Below the pieces are notes generated by a model that did no database searches, was not told the origin of the DNA, and saw nothing but the letters and a program-made list of their open reading frames with translations. 64,000 bases of DNA from Haliotis rubra. Taxonomy: Eukaryota. The translations under genes were made by a program, and so were the position numbers. The DNA is taken from assembly GCF_003918875.1 (NCBI RefSeq), contig NW_025764926.1, positions 744,001 through 808,000 on the forward strand, in the 5' to 3' direction. Shown here piece after piece: positions 10,151-23,550 of the stretch; position 1 is the first letter of the stretch; the number at the start of each line of letters is the position of its first letter.

Positions 10151-13100
10151 GATTGATAGTCTGCTAAAATATTTCCCAGTCATACAATTTGAACATATTT
10201 TCGTGAATTCAAATTAAACGTGCTGAATTCATGTTACGTTAAACTCGCACCTGTTAAATCAAATAGTTTGGCCAATCACCCATGGAGGCATCAGTGCTAT
10301 TGAGAGTTGCGTCCCTTAGACCAAGGAGAATGGGTCGTAGGTTTGAATCCCAAATCCGCCCCGATTATGATCCTCGGATTTTCTGTGAAATGCGATTCAC
10401 TTTGATAGGCGTTGAGTATGCGCTAATTTCAAATACTTATAATGTTGTCAGGTGACATATCTTGTGACATGCAATTCACATCCACAGTGATAGATAGACA
10501 TCGCGATACGTCCGTTTAAATAAGACGCTACTACCTACTCCCCATCTCTATATACCATGCGTCTCTACCTACCAGTACACCCTATGACTCAGAGCTGCCT
10601 TTACCTGAACACGGGAGGTCACCGTGATGGCCCAGCCACCTATAACGCTGCTGTGCATGCAGAGTTATGTCCCCTAGACGTGCTCGAAACCTAGAACACT
10701 TCTTTCGAATCTCGTTCGGCCATGAAGTATATTTCTTGGTTTTATCAACACCACACCCATTGGTATCATTGAGTAAGTGGGTGAGTTTATTTTACGTCGC
10801 TTTTACCAGTATTCCATCAATATCACGGCGGGGGACACCAGGAATGGGCTTCACGTGGTTACATGGAAGTGGTAAACATTGAAGACCAACAGGTCTCCAA
10901 GCTTTCCGAAATTAATCTGGCACTATGTCATATAACTGAAGTGTTCAAAGCAATGTTACATAAATCTCATTCATTCACTCCAAGTCTCATGTCCAATATG
11001 GCTTTACTTCTGAATATCAGTATATTTAAGCCTGATAAATGTATACTGGTTAATATTGCGCCAACCTTTTTTCTATTTTTAACTGCGTGGGTGTCTCATG
11101 ACGAGAAAACCATATTTCTTAAGGGACCGGTGTTTCTATTCCTTCACGTTTTTACTTCTGGATACGAAGTTTCGTACCGTAGTATTACTTCCGTGAGTAT
11201 GATAGAAATGTCACAAAATATTTCTAATAACAGGTGAACAACAATATTGATCACAGATGACAATAAGTAATTTGTCCATATGTTTTAGAAGAAAAAATAT
11301 TCGAAGAGCATCATGGACATCCTAAGGACGTAAAAGGAAAACTGCTCATCATTTTCATTTTTTCTAAAGTTATGGTCTGTCAGTTTATAACACCCCCACC
11401 CCGAGCCCCCACCCAAAAAAAACAAAAAAACAACAACTTTTTTTCATTTAAACATGAAGACTCAATGATCTGTAATTCATTACTCAAGGGTTTGTCCCTT
11501 AGCCATGCAGGACCTGCTTGCCTTGGCTTTCATTCACATTTCTATTTGTAATATCTCTCACATACACGCACGCACGCACGCGCACGCACACACACGCATA
11601 CTGTAAACAAAATCTCAAAATTGTCTCACACGTATACATCAAACAAACTGCGAGCGAACATTGCCAGGGTGTATTTCGTAAAGCACAGCAGTCAACACAA
11701 TCACGTACAGCCTCATTGCAGCATATTAAACGCCAAGTGCATATTTAGCATAATGAAATTGTTACCGCCGATGTATCTAAATGCATAAATAATTGCAATT
11801 CATAATGTGTAAGCCTAGCATGCATCTACAAGCTTTCAAGGAACACTACGAGTAACCATATCTACGAGTTTCCAATGATGTATTTCGATTGCTATATAGT
11901 TAACATATAATCAGTAATTCCAGTGTGCACTTTGTTGTAAGTGATAAGAATCATTTGTATGTATATATAGTCTACTACTAAAGCGGATACAGTTAGCTCC
12001 CTTGCCCCATCTTTGCTATGGAGAACCTAGGCTGTATACTTACTGTGGAACCGGAGCAACGCTTAAAAAGAAATATATAATTAAAACATGAACGTAACAA
12101 TTCTATATTTATTCAAGATGTAAAATGTTCTTGAATAGAAACTCCCATCTAGGATGCACCTTGAAACAGAACACATGTCAACCATTCGGGCAGCCATTTC
12201 CGTCACCTACAAAATACTCGGCAAAGGAACGGAGTGTAGGGATATTGTATGAGCTCATACCTCATATCATCCGATCCCTCTGCGCAATGTTCTTACAATA
12301 TGACTTTATGAAGAGTCAATATTGTAATATGATTTGAGATCGATCAATATTAGTAAAAGGTTCACAACTGTCGTTCTGTTACGCAATATGCGAGTGACGT
12401 GAAATAGAGAAACTAGATAAAAAATGGCTTCCTCTAAATGCAATCCGAGATAAGGTCTATAATCGAGGTGAGCCGAGTGAAATATAACCATCGTTCAGCA
12501 GAGTACATCAACATGGACAATGTTTCTTACAGGGGGAAGGGGTATATGGTATCGTCCCCGGGAGAGTGAGTGAGTGGTTTTAGTTTTAGGCCGCACCCAT
12601 CAATATTACAGCTATATGGCGGCGGTCTGTAAATAATCGAGTCTGGACCAGACAAACCAGTGATCAACAGCATTAGCATCGATCTACGCAACTGGGATAC
12701 GATAACATGTGTCAACCAAATCTACAGGCCTGATCACCCGATCCCGTTAGTCGCCTCTTACGACAAGCATGGGTTACTGAAGATCAATTCTAACCATTAA
12801 CGACGTAGCAGTAACTATACTTCAATTCCAAGCAAGGTTCTATACTACGGCATAGATAGATAAACAGACAGACAGAAAGATAGATAATCTTCAGCATGAG
12901 TTTAATCCTAACCCAGATCTTCACGAGAGAGAGACAGAGGGCTTCGGCGTGACGGGCTAACGCTTTGACCACTAGGCTACCCCACCGCCCCCTTAATCAG
13001 AGACACGTTATTGTGATTTGAAAGCGTTGTTTAGCCATTCAGTTTGATAATCCGAATACCCTCCAAACCGTCCAATGTTATGCCAAGCGGGCTTGCTTTC

Positions 13101-13496
13101 ATACAGTGATGTATGGTATTCAGGCTTGGGGGCTGTTGATGAACAGTTACAAGCCCAGCACTGTTGTAAAATACGACTTCATGTACAACAGAAATTCACG
13201 CTCATTTATTTGAGAACTAAAAACAGCTCTATGACTCATAAGTCACGACGTGACAACAAATGGGTGGAGACAAAACTCATCGGGACACAACGTGTAGGCG
13301 TTATCACTTTGCTTGACCCAACGAGCGCGGGTGTGTGTGATACAGGACACGGATCCCGACACTGACTACGGATGACACTATGCGAAGATACTGGACACCT
13401 TGTGTACATCCCATTGTGTGCCATGGGACACGGATATAAGTGGAATTACTTTCACTCCTTCCGCGTAACAATATATTTGTTTCTGTATGCTGAATG

Positions 13497-13659
13497 AGTG
13501 AGTGAGTTTAGTTTTACGCCACTTTTAGCAATAGTCCAGCAATATCACAGCGGGGGACACCGCAGATGGGCTTCAAACATTGCGCCCATGTGAGGAATCG
13601 AACCCGGGTCTTCGGCGTGACAAGCCAACGCTTTAACCACTTGGCTACCCTACCGCCCC
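13497..13659 (-). mobile_element. SINE-A (tRNA-derived, ~165 bp), full copy
   Basis: A box TAGCCAAGTGG, B box GGTTCGATTCC, (CACT)n tail, TSD gtatgctgaatga; about 19 full or partial copies in the window. Confidence 0.9.
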
Positions 13660-13924
13660 GTATGCTGAATGACATGTTCAAGCTATTTCCCCCATACATT
13701 ACATAGATTGCAATTGGAATAATAACGATGTGACATTACATCTATGCCTGTTTGCAAATATTTTGACCGAGGTTGCCGACTTGGTCACGCTGTAACAGAC
13801 AGACGTATGTGACGTCGTTCGACAGCCTTAGTGGACAGATGAACGGGAAAGTGAATGAAAAATTCTTTTAAAAAGACTATGAGTAATCTATTCATCCCGG
13901 TGTCAATGGTAAATTGTACATAAT

Positions 13925-14260
13925 CAATGCTAAGTTGTCCAATTCTGTGCTATTCTGTATCCTAAACTGTACATATTCAATGGTACATATTGTACATACA
14001 TATTCAATGCTAAAAATTGTACATATTCAGTGCTAAACTGTACATATTCAATGCTAAACTGTACAAATTCTATGCAAAATTGTACATATTCAATGTACAT
14101 ATTCAAAGGTAATTGTACATATCCAAAGGTAAATTGTACACATTCAATGCACATATTCAATGGTAGATTGTACATATCAAATGCTTAAATTGTAAATATT
14201 TAATACTAGATTGTATACATTCAATGCTACATTGAACGAATTAAAAGGTAAATTATACAT
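13925..14260. repeat. Degenerate ~22-bp tandem repeat (aaattgtacatattcaatgct)
   Basis: Direct reading. Confidence 0.8.
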
Positions 14261-14365
14261 TACTGACTTGGTTTAACCGTATATTTGCCTCATCCCACAT
14301 CAACACTGACAAGCAATCTAAAGTCGCATGCAGCAGGAAACGATCAAACGTTCTTCGAATATACA

Positions 14366-14619
14366 TAGTGAGTGAGTGAGTGAGTTTAGATTTACGCCGC
14401 AATCAGCAATATTACAGCTATATGGCGGCGGTATGTAAATAATCGGATTTGGACCAGACAGTCCAGTGATCAACAGCATGAGCATCGATCTGCACAAATG
14501 GGATACGATGACACGTGTCAACCATGTCAGCGAGCCTGACCACCCGATCCCGTTAGTCGCCTCTTACGACAAGCATGGGTTACTGAAGATCAATATTCTA
14601 ACCCGGACCTTCACGGGTA
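14366..14619 (-). mobile_element. SINE-B (~240 bp, non-tRNA pseudoknot head), full copy
   Basis: TSD cgaatataca (14356-65 / 14620-29); tail shared with SINE-A; about 14 copies (e.g. 2574, 12563, 15185, 23665, 25775, 28159, 43478, 58310, 61882). Confidence 0.9.
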
Positions 14620-15537
14620 CGAATATACAAAGACAACTTCAGATAGATATATTGATATATGCCAGGAAATCTCTTAGCATTTATTGGATCTTGTTTCAGC
14701 CTTTAATCTCAAGGAAACGTTGAACATCTGCGGCAGTAAAGGTCAGCCGGTCTTCTATGTATATATACAAAGAATGTCGCCACTGACTTCAAGCCCTAGA
14801 TCAAGTTTGGTTAGTTTGAATGACGTTTTTGTTCTGAAAAACGAGGTTCTTCATGGTAGCATAATCAGTTACACAGACATGTTAAATACAAAAATTGTTT
14901 GGTGTACTGTTTCCCCGGTATACCCGCGACTGTATCCCGAAATTCGTGGTAGTGCTGCCTAGCGCCGCGAAGATCTGCGGTTTTGTAAGCATTATCATCA
15001 GCACTAATACCGTTATTACGCTGCATCAGTACCGTTATAACGTCGCATATACATGTATATCACGATTGCGCCGCATTATTTTCTTATGGCGCTGTAATAG
15101 GGCACTGATGGTACATGACAGGGCGCAAAGGCGATATCAGTCTGTCAAATCAATATACCCAATGCAGCCCATGCAAGTCTAAAGCGAGTGGGTGAGTTTA
15201 GTTTTACGCCGCTCTCAGCAATATTCCAGCTATAAAGCGGCAGTCTGTAAATGTTCGAGTCTGAACCAGATGATCCAGTAATCAACAGCATGACCATCGA
15301 TCTACGCAACTGGGATACGATGACGTGTCGACCAAGTCAGCGAGCCTGACCACCCGATCCCGTTAGTGTGGCAAATCTAGATTATCACAGCATCTGAAAA
15401 TGAAGAAAGTCTCTGGCCTCCTATTTATTGTATTATATTAACATAGTTTTTAGTAAAATACGTTCATTTTGGAGACTGCATGTTAGTCTATGTTGATATT
15501 GTCCATCAATGACACAGTGAAAGCGCAGTAATTATGA

Positions 15538-15700
15538 GGGGCGGTGGGTTAGCCTAATGGTTAAAGTGTTCGGTCGTCACGCCGAATACCCGGGTTCCAT
15601 TCCCCACATTGGTACAATGTGTGAAGCTCTTTCTGGTGTCATCCGCCGTGATATTGCTAGAATATTGCTAAAAGCGGCGAAAAACTAAACTCACTCACTC
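15538..15700 (+). mobile_element. SINE-A copy
   Basis: Same consensus; TSD cagtaattatga. Confidence 0.9.
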
Positions 15701-16879
15701 AGTAATTATGAACATTCTTACGAAGGCTGATGAAAACTGTGTTAGTGAGATTCCGGGCACTCTGACAACAGTGCATTCACTGCACTCACGATTATCTCCG
15801 GATGCAGATAGACGGGAACACGACACTGATTGGGAATGTAATTCATACCACCAAGAATGCCCTGTTCACTTACGGGGATATGGAGTTATCTCCGTTCTGA
15901 CAAACAACCCAGGGCTTGTTGTTCCCCCGCCTCCCCCCGGCCAGACCACTCTGAGTGTTAACACAGGATTGTAGGCATTGCCTTCCGGAACACTCCACAC
16001 ACACACCTTTCTCTATTGAACATGTCGAGACTGGTGTATCTCACACACCTTACACCGACTGCACATAATTACCTGGCGGGAGATGAAACGAACGACTAAT
16101 TGCCATATGCGAAAGGAATAAGCAAAATAAATATCTCTGCTCAGATCTGGTTTTAATTATGTGCACAGAATGTCGGAGAACAATGAAAACCTATATTTAC
16201 TCGAATTTCGCGTACTCGATATATCGTTTAAGACGATGTTTGAATAAATAATTTCGAATGTTACTTTGTGGTTACTTTGAATAGTTATCGAAAGCAAGGT
16301 TTAAGGGCCACACTCTGCTTGTCTCAAATTCAAGTAAAATGCATAGTAAATAATCAACAAGGTATAGTGAGTGAGTGGGTATGGTTTTACGTCCCTTTTA
16401 GCAATAGTCCAGCAATATCACGACGGGGATACCAGAAATGGGCTTCAAACACTGTGCCTATGTGGGGAATCGAACCCGGATCGAGCGAACGCTGTAACCA
16501 CTAGGCTACCCTACCGCCCCCTCAACAAGCTATACAAGATAAGTCTCAGTGACGAAATAGTATACAGACATCAGGTCAGGAGCAACTTAAGGGCTCATTG
16601 TTGTCATGGGGACCTGGTTAGAAAATGTACCCGGCATCCTGCAACGGATCGGGTGGTTCCGCTGGATGGCCTTGGTGAATGCTTTCATCGTTACATTGAT
16701 CAGAATATCAATTGTTTGGTCCAATAGTCGGTAACACCCTACAGTCACATAGATGAAATACTGAGTCTTGTCCAACCATTAAGTTACATTCTGCCGTCAA
16801 ATCGTCAATCACCGGTTTCTTTGGGTCAATCATCGGTAACATCCTGCCGCCATATAGCTAGAATACCCGATGCGGTCGT

Positions 16880-17222
16880 ACCTACTGGCGAGTAACGGGA
16901 ATACAAGCTTCCTTCAACAGGCGAGGAGAAGCCATTAGATGCATCAGAAAGAACCCGACAACTCAGGTACAACTGCCGGGTATGCATGGACATTCTCTTC
17001 CGTACTCGTATACGGCCCACACAAACACTGGAAGAACGGCAAAGATCACAAAACCTTATCAGTCTCCTGCATGTAAACAGTGCAGATACCTCGGAGGAGG
17101 TCCTGTAAACAACATCAGACAACACGGCCTGACTGGAGCTGCCAGATTATCAGTGATCCTGTACAACCTGTACAACATTGCATGGGCCAACGGCTGTGTG
17201 CCATGGATATACGCAGCAGGTT
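16880..17222 (+). mobile_element. Possible decayed non-LTR (R2/NeSL-like) pre-RT fragment
   Basis: Fragments IQASFNRR.EAIRCIR, TSEEVL and LSVILYNLYNIAWANGCVP in shifting frames resemble the region just upstream of the RT domain. Confidence 0.3.
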
Positions 17223-19039
17223 AAAGACGTATTTCCAGTACGAGCGAACCTGAATAGTGTCCAAAAATGTGAAGCAAAATGTGCATTCACATATTAACAC
17301 GGTGTCGTCCCGGGAAAGCGAAATTTCAATATTCCCTATTCCCGGTAAAGCGAAAACCAAAGTTGTGGTAGAAGTGCCGCGAAAACGAATTGCTATGAAA
17401 ACATCGGATTATCGTACTTCAGATTAGCGCACTCGATCTGTGAGCCTCTTAACTGAGATGAAGTTTCAGTTGTTTCAAGTTTCAGCACTTGATCTATGAC
17501 AAGTTTAAGACAGACAGACATAGTTTATTGAAGTGCCATATGTATGTAAACAAGATATAAAATCGGAAACATCTAATAAGGTTAAAAACTTCATTCTGAA
17601 GTCATCGTAAAAATGGCAATTTAAAAGGAAGTGGATTTCATCCCCTACACTACTGCCAAGTGGGCATGTTCTCTGATTGAGTGGGGTGGGGGCTTGCTGT
17701 ATCGTCCTGTTTCGACATGGAGAGCAAGGTTACCGCAGCGTAGTTTGATGAGATTTCGTCTTGCGTTTCTGTTAACTATCGTCTTTAAGTATATCTCTGG
17801 GTGTCGAACATTTATCGTTGTATATTTATCAAATTTCTACCATGACTACGATATCAGACGACGACTCACATTTCTTTGTTTTTCTTGTGTATTGAGAATC
17901 CATGGACCGCTAAATTCAGTGTTCACTGTAGCTTGACTGTTCCAGCGAAAGCGAAACCTAAATTGAGGAGGTTTAGTCCAGATTTCGTTTTCCCGGGTCA
18001 TAACCATTAACACACCTTAATAGTTTTATTATCACGTGTGATTCAACACAGTTGGTGACACATCATGTAACACAGAAGGGGAGAATGCGATCTTTTTAGA
18101 GACACGATGCTTCCAAGGTCACTTCTTCAAAACATGCGATTACTTATAGTTTTAAAAATCCTGATATTTTTATTTACATTTAAAATATGTTTATTATTTC
18201 TGTCTTAGTTTTTTTTCTTTACTTGTTTGTTTTTCTGTTGTTTTATCGGGTTCTTCTGGTTAAGTTTTTTTTGTTTTTTGTTGATGTTGTTCTCAATTGT
18301 TTCGTTTATGTTTTGTTCGTTTGGCTTTTTGTGTGAGTAGGGGGTTGGGGGGTGTTAGCGTGTTGAGGTGTGTGTCTATTTCAGTTTGTTTTAGAGACGA
18401 AAGAAAGTCAAATCCAAGAACAGCATATGGTTGGTTCCTCATTACTATTGGCACCACCGCTGTCGATCTCCATGTCGATGTCGATGTTGTATCAATCAGT
18501 GGATGCAGTATACGTCTACATGGATGATGGTGCAGTTTGTTCATGTAAGTGTAACGATTGAAACGTCAGTCATTATATACATGGTGCTGCATAAACACCG
18601 TGTACTATATTTGAAAATCCATACCTCCACATCATGACTGTCAAGAGTATAATCTATGTTCCTACACTGTCAAGAGGAACGTCAATATTGAACAACAAAA
18701 GACGACCAAAAACGAATTTCTAGATCAGGTTCTTTTAATAACTTCCCATGTTTTGACAACTTCTGATTTGGAACATTTCATAGAGTCTTAGAACACAAAG
18801 TGTGGCACACAATAGGAAGGTTGCAGACATACGATATCATTAGCTACTTATGCACGCCTGTTGCAAAGCAGTCGGTAGTCGACATCGAGCGTGTCCTCCA
18901 TTATCGTTGACGACTGCTACTATTTGTCACTTTCACGCTGATGTCTCAACATATGTTACAAAAGTAAGCTTCGGGTCAAGATGAACAGCTATATTCTATC
19001 CCGATCTAAAGAGGAGCTGCCATAGCACTACCATGACTT

Positions 19040-19410
19040 CAAAAGGAACATCTCCGCCACACTACATTTACTTCCAGAGGAACATCTATACCACACTACA
19101 TTTACTTCCAGAGGAACATCTATACCACACTACATTTACTTCCAGAGGAACATCTATACCACACTACATTTACTTCCAGAGGAACATCTATACCACACTA
19201 CATTTACTTCAATAGGAACATCTCCACCACACTACAATTACTTCAAGAGGAACATCTCTACCACACTACATTTACTTCAAAAGGAACATCTCCACCACAC
19301 TACAATTACTTCAAGAGGAACATCTATACCGTACTACATTTACTTCAAGAGGAACATCTCTACCACACTACATTTACTTCAAAAGGAACATCTCTACTCC
19401 ACTACACTGG
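19040..19410. repeat. ~34-bp minisatellite (gaggaacatctataccacactacatttacttcca)
   Basis: About 11 units, degenerate tail to about 19580. Confidence 0.9.
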
Positions 19411-19849
19411 CATCATAAGGAACAAATATATCCTCTACAATGACTTCAATGGGACCATTATACTGGCTTCAAAAGGAACAGCTATACTTCCATGCCGACT
19501 TCAAGACGAACAGCTATACTTACATTCTGACTTCAAAAGAAACAGCTATTCTTAAATGCTGACTACATTAGGAACACCTATGTATCTGACTTTTCAATAT
19601 CCAGGTTGTTACTCAAGTGTGAGAGATCCCTCACGCAAGCGATTTGTACAACTGTCGTAACAGACGCCACAGTGAACAATCAACAGACCACTGAAACTTA
19701 GAACCATCGTACTACTATATGTATATTACATCTTCAACCTTTAGTATGATATATTTTGTTGGTCTGCTTGTTTGTTGTTCAACGCCGCACTCAGCAATAT
19801 TCCAGCTATATGGCGGGGGTCTGTAAATGATATAGTGTGGACCAGGGTG

Positions 19850-21627
19850 GTTCCCAATGTGCCTACATCCAAGTTTGCCTACACTCGAAAAAAATTCGTG
19901 GTTTGTGTATTGGGTTCCTCTAATCTATGTAAGCAAATGAACTCTTCGATTGGGTGAATAAGATTGAATAACAATAAGTATTACACTATGTACTATTTTA
20001 ATATCTGCACAACATTATTAGCACAGTTCTACTGAAGTCACCATAGTCACCATAATCACAAAAGTCGCTGACATCACTGAAGTCACATAATCACAAAGAT
20101 CAATAAATGTTCAATGTCACTGAAGTCTGACTAGATGTCCCACAGCGTCAATAAACTGCAGCGGTGCTTTTCTGCCTGTGGACAACTGGTCTTTCTTTCT
20201 TTGTATTTTTGAGTCCAAGTATTTGTAGATTCGGGACCGCTGACGTCTGGTACCGCCGTGTTCCAATTGTTTCGTGAAGATGCGCTCTTCAGACTCCATC
20301 TTTTTAAGTTCTCTGAGAAGTTCGAATATGTTAGGGTGGGCTCTCTTGACTCTTTTCTTCAACCTGTTGTGGAAACCTTCCAAGTGGTTGTTGGTCTTTG
20401 GTCCAGTGTTGCTGTGCTGGTTCCACATACTGACAGGGAAGCGGGCGTCGTAGTCTAACCACGTAGTTGTGATGTAATCGTTGAAAGTTTGGATCTTGTC
20501 AGCATCTGGTCCAGACTCCATCCAGACATCCTGGACGATGTCGGCTGGAAAAAGCGGCAAAGCAGCAGCTCTTCTGACATGGGACTGTACACGGGGATCG
20601 TCACGATACTCTGGAGCAAGACCTTTCTCTGAGACATGTCGCCACAGTGCTTGAGTGTAACGGAAAAAAACACCCTCTGATGTCAGCTTCTGGAAAACCC
20701 TCTTCGACTGCTCTGATTGCGGCACACTCAAAGTCAGTCTGCACAGTATCTGGAGACAGTTCAATATCAAGTCATCTTGAAACCTCTTCTGTCAGCAAGG
20801 TGAACAGTCTGGTGAAAGTGTCACGGGACTTGTTGGGTGGAAGGCAACATGAAACACCTTCCCTCTACAAGACAGTGTACAGCTGTACAGAGATTTGGAC
20901 ACACGAAGACAGTTCCGTCCATGTATATAGCGTCCGAGTCGGCTAGAGTCTCCAGCATGTCTGTAGTCGAAAACACTAAAATCTTGTTGTCTTCCCTATC
21001 AAAGACGGAAAGACACTGTCGTCCATCTGTGGTCTGTGTCCATGGTCCTTCTAGAGATACGTCACGACGCGTCTGTGGCAAAGGTGGAAGAACTGTTCTG
21101 CGGTCGCGGTACATAGCTGATTTCTTGGGAAAGTGGCAACAGTTGCAGCAGCATCGTCGTCAAGTGAAGCTGACACATCGTTGTAAATATTCTGAACAGG
21201 GTTGATGTCAGGGTTGATACCGACACGCTGTCTACGTCGGCTCAGGAGACGGGTCTGGTCCTCATTCTCTGATGGATGGGTGTACATTACTGATATTCTG
21301 ATCCTTATATACCTCTTACAGTCACAATAACACATCAGAGAAGCTATTTTCAGCTTATTACTGTTAGAGACCTACTACTGAACTACGTTGTTACCTATCA
21401 AAACAAGGGCTATTGTATTGATAAGGAAAGTTGGTCGGTTAAATATCTCAGCAGATCATAGGAGGTAAGTTAATGAGCAGAGGACTAGTGTTTAATACTG
21501 AGACCTTACATGTAAGGGTCATACCTATTCTCTAAGTAGGGGTGTATTTTCAGTTCCTCAAGTGCCTACACAACTTTTGTAGGCAAATTGGGATGTAGGC
21601 ACATTGGGATGTTGGCACATTGGGAAC
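19850..21627 (-). mobile_element. MULE/Mutator-like DNA transposon remnant inserted in a SINE-B copy
   Basis: TIRs gttcccaatgtgcc(t/a)acatcc...tttgcctaca; frameshifted transposase fragments with IYMDGT, F.Y.QA.WR and TNNHLEGFH.RLK...HPNIF motifs (20117-21250); SINE-B halves on both sides (19768-19846, 21628-21787). Confidence 0.88.
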
Positions 21628-22044
21628 AAATCCAGGATTCAACATCACATGAGCATCGATCTACACAGTTGGGATTCGATGACATGTGTCAACCAAATCA
21701 GTGAGCCTGACCACCTGATCCCGTTAGTCGCCTCTTACGACAAGCATGGGTTGCTGAAGACCAATTCTACCCCTGATCTTCACGGGTAGTTTAAGTATAA
21801 AGAAAATGCAATGTTTCGCAAGCCTCCACAGACTGGGAATATATTATAGACAAGACCACAAGCATCTGGTACCTGTGAAGTGAATATGCAGTAGAGGCAC
21901 ATAAACAAGAAAATATTTCCCCAATTAAACCTTGGCAAAAGTCTGGAAAATACTTTTCACGTAAGAAAAGTGATGTGCAGGTGTCTAGCTGTGTGTAAAC
22001 AACCAGATGTGTGGTGGTTCCCGAGAAACTGAAAACATTGGGTC

Positions 22045-22438
22045 GAGAGACAAAAATACTGGGGCGAGTGACGGCAAAAACTGGGGCGAGAGACGACAAA
22101 ATACTGGCAAATAGTGGGGCAGGTGACGGCAAAATACTGGGGCAAGTGATGGCAAAATACTGGAAAATAGTGGGGCACGTGGCGGCAAAATAGTGGGGCG
22201 AGTGATGGCAATATACTGGCAAATAGTGGGTCAGGTGACGGCAAAATACGGCAAGATACTGGGGCGAGTGATGGCAAAATACTGGCAAATAGTGGGGCAG
22301 GTGACGGCAAAATAACGGAGGGAGCGATGGCAAAATACTGGCAAATAGTGGGTCAGGTGACGGCAAAAAAACGGAGGGAGTGATGGCAAAATACTGGCAA
22401 ATAGTGGGGCAGATGACGGGAAAATACTGGGGCGAGTA
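22045..22438. repeat. Degenerate ggcaaaatactgg/ggcaggtgac tandem repeat
   Basis: Direct reading; explains the repetitive ORFs at 21791-22500. Confidence 0.85.
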
Positions 22439-23344
22439 ACTTGTCTATATTGACCACCCGGGCCGAATATGCATATCAGCCATAGGGCCGAAACAGTCAA
22501 GTAATAACCTGATGTCTTTCAGTGGCATTTAGAAGTTGTACATTGATGTCCAAGATATTTTTATGGATTAAACTTCTTTTTTAATTTCTCTCACAACGTT
22601 TAGACCATTCCAGGTCCCTTCATCAGGTGAACTGGCAGTTAGGACTATGACGTCGTCACTATGACGTCATAACTGAGTTATGACGTCACAATGCAAGTGA
22701 CATCACAGTATACTCACTTATACAGTACTCTCCCTAGTGTACTGTGATGTCAGTTGCATTGTGACGTCATAACTCAGTTATGACGTCATAGTGACGACGT
22801 CATAGTCCTAACTGCCAGTTCACCTGATGAAGGGACCTGGGTGCCGTTCCACTAACCGATCTTAGCGCTACGCCAATCGTAAACCCATAAAATCCCAATC
22901 TTAGCGTGACGTTACGATCGGCATACCGTTCCACTAACCAATCTTACCCAAGTCAATCGTAAAGTTAAGATTCAAAGTCTAAGTTGCTCATGACCAACTT
23001 AGGATAGCTAAAATCAATCGTAGAGAAACCAAAATGGTGGCTTTCCTATTCTATGTGAAAAATAAGAGCGAGCATTTCACCGTGAGCGTCCCCTAAAATC
23101 CCCCATGAAATGAATTTGTATATTTCTGTGATGTAAACAAACACTGCTTTGAAGCCTTACAAATGTCAGGCCAGTCTGACCACTGTCGTCATGGGAACAC
23201 AACCGAGCGAGTCGGTGTAACGCATTTGTATTGTACAACAATATTGCAACGTCATGGTTAAGAATAGGGACAGCCGTGAAGTGAACAATGTTCTGAAGCA
23301 AAAAGATACAAATATGTTTGATTTCACTGCGCATATATGATGGG

Positions 23345-23550
23345 GGATTCTAAAGGCAGACCGCGTGTTATTCAGGCACATATTAAAAGCTCTGACACAA
23401 TTGACATTTTTAAAGTCCAGACTTAAAACCTGTTCTCAGTTTAGTACCTCGGCAGTAAATGATCTCGTGTAAATTATCTGTACATGGTGCTTTGAGCATG
23501 CCCCAGGATGTGGAATAGGCGCACTATAAATGTGCATTATTATTATTATA
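23345..23550 (+). mobile_element. LINE (CR1/L2-like) 3' end fragment
   Basis: FKS.LKT-like ORF2 end, gctttgagcatg...gcgcactataaat stem region and (ATT)n tail. Confidence 0.55.

Noticed and set aside
21791-22500. His/Cys/Pro-rich ORFs
   Set aside because: Derived from a degenerate tandem repeat.
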